From Tubulanus polymorphus (Eukaryota; Animalia; Nemertea): 64,000 bases of DNA. Shown here piece after piece: positions 27,201 through 39,200 of the stretch (positions are counted from its first letter, which is position 1; each line of letters opens with the position of its first letter). The translations under genes and the position numbers were made by a program. Location: the NCBI RefSeq assembly GCF_964204645.1, contig NC_134028.1:23680345-23744344 (forward strand), in the 5' to 3' direction. Below the pieces are notes generated by a model that saw only the letters and a list, made by a program, of their open reading frames with translations, was not told where the DNA came from and made no database searches.

Positions 27201-30200
27201 AAATGAATAATAATGAATATGTGATGACACGATCGGAACTATAAATAATTCATTCGTCGTATCACACTTCATTAACACGCGATATATCGTAACAGATCCC
27301 AGTAGTGTCAGTCTCGCTTTCAATATCACCTCTTAATTCTCATCAGGGACCCGTCATACATAACAATCAAAATCTATCTCCCTCTATAAAATCATTACCC
27401 TCATGAGTTTCATTGACGCCTTGAAAACTTACAAAACTGATAATGATTACTTCTATGATTTATTCAAGGGGTGCTGTGTAGGACGATGTGCACTACGTCA
27501 TCAGTATTGGCGTTTCAAAAAAAATTACAATTTTTGAAATTTTATAATTGAATAAAAATTCTATGACCAATTTAATGGATTTTCATGAACATTTGTAACG
27601 ATTGAGAGAAGTGACAGTAATTTTATGCGCACTCACTGGCGATCAAACCCGGGTCTCGTAGAAAGCAAGCATGCTACCCAATGGACCAATAGAACTAGTA
27701 CACTTGACCGCTGGTTATACAGCTTGTCGTAACATATTTAATGATGAATAATGATATTTTGTGAGTACATGTGCGATACGCCATCTATATTGGGGCTGGA
27801 CCCAATTAAATTCATTTTGACATATTGAAATGAACTTTATTGATCTTCAATATTATATATTCATCATTAAATGTCAACAATATTAAGAAATATATATTTC
27901 AATCTTCGATGGCTTCAATGAATTTTCAAGTTCATTTTCTCGTTCAATTTTTTCGCACCAATTATAATTCAAGCTCAACTTCACTTCTATTTCAATCTTA
28001 AACACGGCTCGTTTTCGATCGTTTTGATTGAATTTTGATTTATATCTTTCGAATCGAGCTGAAGAAATTCGAGGGCCGGCGTTCATCGCTAAACAAGACG
28101 CGAAAATCGATACGTTTCCGAAGTCGATGCGGAGAGATTTTCGGCTCAGAATTTCGAACGACGTTGGGGCTATGCGAGTATTCTCCGCGTAGCCCCACGC
28201 AACTAGACGGTGTTAGCTTGATTTATCTACTTCACAGTTATTTCCGAGAGACTCTCATCACGAATTTGTTATATTCATATGCGTAGCTCGCGCGCTCCTT
28301 CAACGGTTATCGAATCGCGGATTTCGTTTTCGCGCTGATATACGCCGGTCTCGTTCGAGCCGAGCGTTTTATTAAGTGAATCGGCTGACGCGATAAAAAA
28401 CGGGTGTATGAGGTTTACGTAACTGAATTTATGAAAGTTAATCGTCAGAATTGGTTCGACGGTGGTGGAAATGAACTCTTATGTCGGTTTATGACCGGAG
28501 GGAAACTCGCGAACTCAACTAAACAGATCTATCGAATTCGTAAATCCATTCGCACACTTAGTGAATACATGAAACAAACTTCAGAGAATATTTGCCAAAA
28601 ATTTGTGCCGGTTTCCGTTTGTCTAATTGAAGTAAAAAACCCACAATAATAAAGTACAAACTAAACGAAATTTGACGTTTCGACCTATGGGTTATTTTTA
28701 AAAACTAAAACGTCAAACGTTCATTCAGTTTTTCTTTATTATTGTGGTTTTTTATTTCAAAAAAGTATTTGCACTGTTTGACTGTATATATGTTGATGGA
28801 TTAAAACTCAGGGGCCGGTTGCTCAAAAGTTGGTTAAAGATAACCGACCGTTAAATACCATAGTAACAATGAAATTTCAATTGTCACCATATCAACTATC
28901 CACTGGTTAACTCTAACCAACTTTTGAGCAACCGGCCCCTGTTGATTATTCTGACTTCTGTACAACTACTTGAGAATCAAACCTTTGGGTAATATAGAAA
29001 ATCCTATACTAGGATTAAAAGTCTGAAAAGTTCCCTTTAGCTTGTTGTTTTCTCAAAATTTCAACTTCTAATGTGATAAATAGTCATCTTCAGTCATACA
29101 ATTGGCCCAAGGTAACATTTCTGACTTTTTTTTCAATTCAAAGGGTGGGACTTTTTATATTATCATTACGAGACACGGACTCAAAGTGGGTCTTGTATTC
29201 TAACCAGGGGCAGGAAGAGTAAACCGTCATATTTTGTTAACGATTTGGTTAGACAATATATCGCGTGTGAACCCGATATTCCCGAGACGCACAATTCGGC
29301 TTGTTTTTGATTGTCGGGTTTTTCGTGGTTCATCGTGTGTGAAGCGTTACTCGTACCGCTCGAGAATGATTGATAATGCGGTGATGAATAAGCAGCCGGG
29401 TTAAACGAGTAATCGACTTCTAATACACGAGTGAATTACTGACGATCTCAGATAGAATGAGCCCACCGGGTAAAATATGTCATAATATACAATCAGTATC
29501 ATCTCTCTTATCATCTCCGCTGCTGCTGCTGCTGTGCGGGTCGTCTGTAGATGTGTATGACAAAAATCCATAAACTTTGCCTCCAGACCAGAGAGTCCTA
29601 ATTAATAAACGCTGATATACACCTGGGTTAATCAATGCACGACGTCCCCTCCATCTCCACCCCCACTGATTACAACACCATTCATTCATACTGCCGATAG
29701 TTAGTCCACTCTAATTGTACCTGGAAAAAACCAATTTGAATGTGGCGGACCCATTAGATATGTTTTAAGATCCGGCTTGTCCTACCAGCTATGAGACTAT
29801 GACACATTGAAGTTTTAAATTCCGATAATCAGGAACAAAGTTGTAATTGAAATTGAAAGCGCAATGATTAATGAAATGTATATTTATTTGATAATTGTAA
29901 GTTTAATGACTGCGTGGCCCGGTGTCTAACTCCAAAGCCTTTAGGCTCTGGACGGGTACTTCATAGCACTACGTGAAAATATATTGATATTCACAATTTG
30001 TGATTTTAATTACTCAATGATCTATGAAGATAAATCAAATCTTGTTTCTGGTTATTTTGAATTCTGGTAAAGTCGAATCTCGTGATGAATTTAGCACAGA
30101 CACAGGTCCATTCTAGAATTCAGTCTAAGTTAAGTCGGTTACGAGTAAATCTAAGGTAGTTTGTTTCATCAACTGATCGCGAGACGGCTTCAATTGGCGT

Positions 30201-33200
30201 CGAATCTCGCGATGAATTTCATCGATCAAAATTGATCGGTCGTATTTGTCTCTTATCTCGTCCTCTCTCTATCTCTCTCCTCTCTTTCTGTCGCCTGCGT
30301 GAAACGCATTGTCAAATTTACACAGGCTGTTTTATTTTATCGTCAGTCTCTCTCAGTGCGTCAGTCAGTCGCGAACGGATGAACCGTGTTTCCGATAACA
30401 GTCGTCGTCGTCGTAACGATCGCGCAATTATCGAAACCGGTAAACAACGCGTGAATTTAGACAGCGACGGGCGGGCACCCGTTATCTTTTCAAATTCGAA
30501 ATATCGTTTCTGAGTATTATCCCTAAATCTCCGGTTTCGAGTCGACGCAATTCATTAAGAATTGATGTCAGTTTTTCATGCGTTGTCGCGAGCAGTGGAT
30601 GATTTTTAGTGACACCTGCCGCACGTGTGTGTCCTCGGGGGGGGGGAAGTTTTATTGATAATTCAGTAGATATATGACACCTACGCGGATATTGGACCAA
30701 CTATCTCAATTTTGCATTTAAAGTCTGTATCCGTATTGATTTCGTTTCGCGGGCGTCCACGTAACAGGTTTTAAACATTTTATCGCGGTTTGTTATTCTA
30801 GGCCGTTGTCGAGTCTACGGATCAGCTGGTTCAAAAAGGAGACCGCGCGAACGATCGACCTGTCGGTGAAACCAATGAAATATTTCCTCGAAGACGAAAA
30901 TCGCAAATTGACGATCAAATATCCGTCGACGGCAGACGCTGGAATCTACGGGTGTAAAGCGGCGTTTCGTACGTCGGACGGAAGCAACGCGTTCGCGCCG
31001 ATCACGCGTACCGCTAATCTCACTGTTCATGGTAAGCACGCCAAAAAATACTTTGAAAACGATATTTCCCAGTTTGGAAATAATTGGAAAATGCATTTTA
31101 CAGTTTATATAGCATTGCCCCAATGACGACATTCCTCTGAAATTTTTCTTCAAAATTTTCAAAATTGTCAACCAGTCACAACTATAATGCTGGGATCAGT
31201 TGCTCTTAAGTTGGTTAGAGTTAACCTGTGGATAGTTGACGTAGCGACATTTGAAAGTTTATTGTTACTATGGTGCTAATCCACCGGATATCTTTCACCA
31301 ACCTGGCCCCTGATGTCCCTGTACAGTATCTGTTCATTTCCATGTGGGAAAATCGAAAAATCACTCATGAAATTCTTAGGAAAACTTGCGAGTTTAGAAT
31401 TCCTCTTACCGAGTTTCACCATCGACATACGTTTTAAGGACGTCAATTTTTTCATCGATTATTTGACCTTAGAATGAGTTACTAGATCGCGTACAAACTA
31501 TTTGAGATCATCAAAGTGTTTACAGGTTTCGTCGTTAGGTGGCAGCACATTCTTAATTTCGTCCAGTTTGAATAATGTGTCCAAAAACTTTTAGTTCTCA
31601 TTCGTATTCGCAGATGGCAGCACGTTACAGTTTGTCAACTCGCTGTAACTATTAACACGTTCAATAGATGGCGGCATCGAATTTTACTCAACTAGTTTGA
31701 AGTCGTATCGATCCGTAGAGAAAACTTAAACATCCTTTCGAAGATATTAAACAAAAACCACAATCGAAAGAAACTATAAGCGATCGCTTGACGTTTTGAC
31801 TCAATACAAGTAAAGTAAGCTACTTCAAAAATGGATTCATCGCCAGAGCATTTGTAACGGTAACAGATGATAGAGATGGGTAGCGACAAGGAAATGAATT
31901 AGTTTAGAAAACAGCTTGTGGTATTTGAGTGAAAATGTTAAGTTAAATCTTGATAGTTTGTCTTGATTGTGAGTTTTACTTCAACATGCAGATACTTGCT
32001 ATGGAAACCAAGCGTTTCTATGATTTTGAATGAATAGATCAGTCAACTTAGAATCTTACAAAAAGTAGTGATGGGGGAGAGGTCAAATGAATACTGAAGT
32101 GGTTATCAATTATAAAAGGGAATGTTTGACAGAGCAATTAAGCTGTTTATCTACTTTATAACTTACTATGACATTAATATAAAGCAGATCATTGTAGATG
32201 TATTAAAGATGAAGCCATCAATTCACAATTCACTGTTATTGTACTCATTGATTCAAACCATTAGATCAATATGTTCCCCCTGTGTCTGTGCGAATGTTTG
32301 CTCTCTTCCACCATTTAAAGGCAATTAACTATATTTGAATTGTTGTACAAATAAATTGCCAGCCAGTCAAATAAATGAACACATTCGGAAAAAGAAATCG
32401 ACGATCCAAAAATGAAAGATGTTCACATTTTTCTAATGAAATGAGGAATTTTAGTTGATTGACGATAGTTCTTTGTCTTCGCTCCCGTCTCAGAATATAG
32501 GCAAAGATTCGGTCACAGCTTTCAGCTTTTCAAATGATTGATAGTTTTCAGCTGTATAAAAAAACCGTCCACTACGGAAGCGTATAAAGCGTTCATGTGG
32601 GTTCATTTTTTTGAATCCATGATAAAAATGACGACATCGATTGTTGAATAGGGTGACACTTAGTGCTACCCTGGTTCGGTGTAAATTGCTCAGGCATGTT
32701 CCCAGTCAGTGACTCACGTGTGTTTGCTGAAGACCTCTTTTTTGATAATCTATGTTTCATGTTCAGTAGTGTCATTGTATCGCTAGGCAAAGGAAATGTT
32801 ATAGAAATTAATTTATCTACAGACACTGTTTACGCCTCAGATGCCCCACCTGATAATATTTTACAAATTTTCCTACTCCGATTGATCGTTAAAATGACCG
32901 ATCCCTGCTCCGACTGTTCCCGGAATTCACGTTCCTCAGGGAGAATTATCGGTCCCGAGACATAGATCGTATGATAAAGACCTATCATGTTTGGATTTAG
33001 AAACGGAATTATTATTCAAAAAAAATCAAAAATACAACACAAAGTTTCGATCTCTTACAGTTAGATCATCGACGGGCACAGCTTACTGTACTATCATAAG
33101 TGAAAAATCTTTGTGAACATTTTATTTTTCTAGCTAAACTAAATTCCCTCGTTCGCCACTAGGTCCACCCCTTTTGGATCGGAAGTGGTATTATTTCGTA

Positions 33201-36200
33201 GATAAAGGGCGTGTCACATCGAGTCGACAAATTGAACATATGTATTTTCATTGGGATGGACGCAGCTGGCTACTTCCGAAGAGAAGTGTACTCCAAAACA
33301 TCAAACGCTCGCAAGAGAACAAATAAAGCCCCTCGTGGAACTCGCAGTCCCTCGTTCCTCTGTGACTCATACATATTTTGACCCCGATTTGTGGAATATC
33401 ATTTCCGTGTTCCATTTCGAGAATAACGACAAAAAAATCTTTTGTGTTACCCGGTATTCTTTATGAATTACAAACTGTTCTGCGTCCAGTTGGTTGAATA
33501 TATACATGAAGTGCCTTATTGCGACACCATTTAGACAAAAGTCGCCCGGAAATTAGATAATGGTTTTAGGTTTAACGGCTGACAATATGTCCAAGGTTTA
33601 GTCCCAAAATAGAATTTTATGCGATGATAAAATGTATATGAATGAAACGACTGTTGTTGCATTTTGATAAATGGTTAAATCTTTATTAGAAAATAATTCA
33701 ATCGTTTAATTAATCGTAAATGATTTTAACGCATTTTATCGCATAAAATTCTATTGTGGGATTTTTCGTAAAACTACAGTTGAAAGGGATTAGAGAGTAT
33801 TATTCAACTAATATTGAAGGATAGCTTAACTAATCCTAGAATGCCCAATGTCGGTATTATGTAAAAGAAGAGCGTTGGTCGTTATAATATGTGAAAAAAT
33901 AAGATTTCGAAACGTAGCTCCAATATTCAAATTCACATGTTAATCATGTATCGATTTTAGAAGGTGACTATTAGAAACATTCTGGTTTCCAGTAGTCATG
34001 AGTCTTAGATTTTTAAGTCAAAACGCTTGTTCTTTCATTAGGTGAATTTCTATATGAGTCACGCTGTTCGACACGGTTGACGAATAGAAAGACAAACTTA
34101 AAAAGGCAGTTCACATTGATTGAATAAACTGTATATCGATATTCCATGTATGAAACACTGCATCTCTCTAGATCCATGAATGAAATATCGATTATCAATA
34201 TTCTGTGAAAACAGGTGTTTCCCTGCAGATAGTACTGCCATCTATGCCCAAATACTAATAAACTAAATATCGCCGATAATATTGATCGGTGACTAGTTAA
34301 TAACTGCCGTGTGAAATATCATATTGGAGCCTAAATTGATGCCCGAATTATTTAAACGCAGGTCCTGGTCTTCGGCGGTGAATTTGGCGGGTTTATTTGA
34401 TGAGAGCTCGCTATCTCTAGCGCGGCGCCGTGCTAGCTAGCTTGCATCGAGTTGGGGACAATAGAGTTGACGCATGACTCATAGCGAGAACACCGGGTTG
34501 GGTGTTACCTACACTTTATCAGTGAGCAATATTAGTCGTAACGCTAGTATTAATCCGTAGTTCATCGAGTGAAGAGAGTAGACGATGTCCGTCTGCCCCG
34601 AGAGTACGAGAAACTAGAAACTGATTAAAACAATGCTTTTGATCCCATCGATTGCGACGTTTTGATCACTGAGATTCTCTATCTATGGATTAATTATCGA
34701 ACAGTATTGTATATATATATTTATATGAATTAGGATCATTAGGGAATATGTTAGGATTAATATTATTCGCCGGGTTATTTCTTCGCCGACACCGGTTACG
34801 ATTAGTGATTATCGTTTACGTTGTTTGTTGCGCAGTGAAACCGTCGACGTCGAAGGAGTACAACCCGATCGAGAAAGATTACGGCGATTCGGTGGAGTTA
34901 TCGTGCGAGGCGAACGGAACGCCGACGCCGAGGATTTACTGGTACATGAACGGAAATCTCGTCGAGCCGCAAAATAAGCCGAACAAGTAAGTGCCGTTTT
35001 ATCGTCCAAACTTTCACGTTAATTTTTTTTTTCAATTTCGATTATTGTCGAACTTGATGAATCTATAATGTTGTTTCTAAAACCAGTGGCGTTGTTGGAA
35101 GTGCCGCGACGAAAGCCGCGGATGACGTTTTTTTTTCTTTGAGTACCATGTTTTTGACAAAATTGAAGTAAATTTGTCGCGGAAACATTTAAGAACCGGT
35201 TGAAAATCAGCAATTTGCTGCCGCATTCAAAATTGCTTCCTGAAAACGCAAGGGAAAGTACAGAAGTCACACCTCGCTATCATCGGAAGATTACCCGCCC
35301 TGTAAACTATTACTGTCTACCTGATTGTTCTAGGTTTTTGTGTAAGGTTGTTATCAAATGATCCGTGGACTCATCGGATATATTTCAAGGAATGCATCGT
35401 GAGGTTTCACACTCGACTACGAATACACTAGTTTTGAGAGTAGTTTCTCGTCAGCTACTGCGTAAAATATCTAAATGCTATCCTATTCAGAATCGTTTCT
35501 AGTTCACTTTCGATTAAACTGCTATTTTATAATGTCAAATTATTGTCAATTTTGGTGTAGACTGCTATGATTTAAGATATTGAGTTCCCGGGTCTCGCGG
35601 TTTTTGCATTTGAAATATCAATGCATTTCTTGTTTTGACTTTGATATCATAAAAGTGCCAGAAATCCGAAATAGTAATGTTCCTATTTCACAGTATGCTA
35701 CACTAGGCTTTGTTCGTACATTACACAGCAGATCACGTTTATTAATGTAAGCAGAATCGTCATAATAGCCATTGTTTTCAAAATCCACCAACTATTGTCG
35801 AGTAAACCATAAACTCTGATGCTACACGTGCTGTGCTGCGCAGGTAGTAACCTGAGAATCTAACAATATGCTTTAGCATTTCATTAGCTTAAACTCGGGG
35901 AAATTAGCTTCAGGCTGAGGTTGCCCAATCGGTTGATTCATCGTTTCATTTGCACATTAACTAAATATTATCATTTTCATGTTGGAAATGAGCTTCTAGT
36001 TCTAAAGTTCTGGGTTTGATTCTGTAACTGTCCGTGGATTGTTCGAATAACTATGAATTAGTGAAACCACTGAGGAACCAGTTTTGACGGAGTATTTTTT
36101 TCTGCTGTTCCGTCATTCTTAGACCAGTACTCATACGCGCATACCTGTATAAATTGAACGCGCTGTGCACAGAGCGTTTGAATGTGAAATTAAGCCGGTA

Positions 36201-39200
36201 GTGACTGATGAGTCATCATTGACTCTTACCTGACTGTCAGAGTCGCTGATAATCAGAATCATAGTCTTTATTTAGCGGAATAACGGGCCAAGCCCATTTA
36301 TGTAAACAGATCTCAAATAAAAGCGTGTGTGTGTATATATGACTTCAAACTTCATCTGACATGTCTATCTTCTTAGAGGCAATCTCTAGAAATATTCATT
36401 TCCTTCCCAGTCATTCAATTAACTCTTAATTAGTTGAGTTGCGGTCTCCTTGTGCAGGTTTTCATATTCTTACATAACCCCCCCCCCTCCCCCTGGAAAG
36501 GATTGTAAGTTCCCAAGCTTGACAACGTTTCTTTTTTGAAAAATTGATCAACTCGTTCTCTTTCTCATATAAAACATGCATGATGTTTAGAAAATCATTT
36601 TAAAAATGTCTTTAAAAACGTTGAGAACTGGGTTGTATAGGCAATCAGCTGATGCACGGACGTATAAACTAGACTTATAATCTAGTTTATACGTCCATAG
36701 TTGATGTAACGACTGGTAGCACTTCGTTGGTTAACGGTTTTTACCAGAAATTACGAGCTTTTACTACTAGGGCATAACTTCATTAGGTAGATGAGCATAG
36801 TCAATGGGGAAACAAATATATTTTATGGCTAATGACACTAATTAGTGAATACTGAATGAGTAATTAACAGATGAATAAAATGAACCTTTACTTTCCTAGA
36901 TTACTCGATGAAGCTACTACGCACTAGTAGTAAAAGCTTTTTTAATAAAATCTAGTTTACCTACGGTACCAGTCTTCAGATGTTTAGGTATTCATAAAAA
37001 CGCAGGAATTTAAACGTAGAAAGAATTCAGGTTCGGAGATCAAACAAGTGTCTCGAAGCTATTGTAAAAAATTTGTTTTTTTTTCTGGCTATAAAGTATT
37101 GTTTGGGTGAAAGAAAAGAGCGCGAACATAAAAGATGCGCGGTTGCTATTTGTAATACGTTTCTAAGGCAATTCGTGGTCTTCTCGTTGTATTGTGAAAT
37201 GCGAAGATGAATTCACTATTCTCTCGAGCGAGCGGGTGACCTCGATCATATAACTCAAGTGAATTACGATTAAAACGTGGTTGTTGCTACAACAAGTCGG
37301 CTTATGCACCTGTTTATGAGAAAAATTCAAACAGCCTCGGGCTTAGAAACATTTCTTCTAGTTGATAAATTCACTGAGATAACGTGAATGGCAATAATTG
37401 TATTGTAGATGCCCTCTTTCTGTCTGTCTTTCTCTCTTTCTCTTTCTTGCCTGAACTTGCCTGCCTCGAATCGGACTAAGTTTCCATTGGATACCGATCC
37501 TCATTAGGGTTTTCACGGAACGCACCTGCAGCTGATTGATACCGACTGCTTCCGTCGACAGCATTTTACCGATTAATGTGGACTTCGCAGATATGGTTCG
37601 ACAAACTACCGAGGACTTTCGTGAATATCACCTACAATTATTAGCTTAGACCTGAGCCTGACGCGTCAAAAATACATAAAGATATAATTATACCTAGGAA
37701 TGCATAAATGATCCACTCTTTTGATGATGTTATATTGACAGAGAATTCAAACTACTATCACCCTGGGTTCAACCACGTGGACGTGTAAACTATCCACGGT
37801 TCTACAGACATTACTGAAATAACTTTCATCCATAGCTTTTGATTATAGGTCAAGGTCGCTAATTCCAGCGCTCTGATTGGTCGTATCTAGCTGCGATGCG
37901 AAGTCGTTGATATTTTCCCTTTTCTATATATCGCCCCAACTTCCTCGAAGAAATTATCTTTAGTAAGAATAACCCCTAAATTTCATCATAGGAATTATCT
38001 TTGATATAATATAGAATAATCCCTTATAGCTTATACAGAATAGCCCCTTATATAGAATAGCTTATATAGAATAACTCCTTATATAGAATAGTTTATATAG
38101 AAAAGCGGTAACCCCTAATCACATGTTTTCTCTTCTCTTCAAATATGTAAATCCATTTTGACCACAGTTTAACCATGGACTCTCCATGGTTTAACTTTGT
38201 GCTGATTTTGAATGAAATATTTAGAGCCGATTTCATCAGTGAATTATTGGTGAATGAATGTTTTGTCGCGAAGGCGAGATAACAATGTATAAGTTTGTTC
38301 GGCGAGATCATTTGACCAAACTTGATCAGGTTCACGATGGCTGTGCGCATTGTTATCGATGTTATTATTATATCGTGCGCCATCTCGTCCCCTGGAATTA
38401 TCCGTAACTATTCTTTATCCGGTCTAACAATATGATGCTCTATTGTCACAATCATAACCGGAGTGCTTTGTTTCGCCCGTAGCTTCTGCTATCAGCTCTA
38501 GACCAGACCCGAGTTCATCCTATTGTGCGCCTTCACTGATTATTAATATAGCAAAGCTGTGGTGTAAAAAGGGCGCCAGTTATGAATTCTCCTATTCTAA
38601 AGCCACGAGCTCACAAAGATTTTCGGACTAAGCCAGATTAGGCCTGTGCCAACTGTTCACAGGGGTGCCAAATGGCTCCCGGCCTGTTAGACCCTGGCTA
38701 ATTTAGGCCGGACCAAAAATGTCGGTAAGGTCTTTATGTATGAATGCTGGTTTCGGAAATGACTGGCTCTCTTATTAAAGCACAGACCAAATTTTATCCC
38801 GAGCAGGCTAGTTTGATGCGGGCCAAATCGTCTGTCTGATCGCGGCTTTTACATCCATCGCCAGACAATGCATTTCAATTGCTCAAATACAAAAAGCACT
38901 TGTGAAGTGAATTTCTTTCATGTTATTTATTCAGGTCCATTTGAAAGCGGGATCTCCGCGCGAGCGCGCGAATATTTAGTCGAAGCTATTTTTAATAATG
39001 ACTTGTTTTTCAAATATTCGCAGAGGCCTCAATCTCTTCAGCACTTGACAAAAAAAGCATCTGCTTTTATTCAATGGATTACATAAAAATTGAATCAATC
39101 CCCAACGAACAACACGAGAGAAACAGTTTTTTTATTCCCACGAGAGATACGGGTAATGATCGAGAATAACATCCTTTCAGATGGAAATTTCATTCACCAG

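Noticed and set aside
36204-36226. CTGATGAGTC...GACTC resembling a hammerhead core
   Set aside because: No GAAA after stem II; just a short inverted pair of AP-1-like sites
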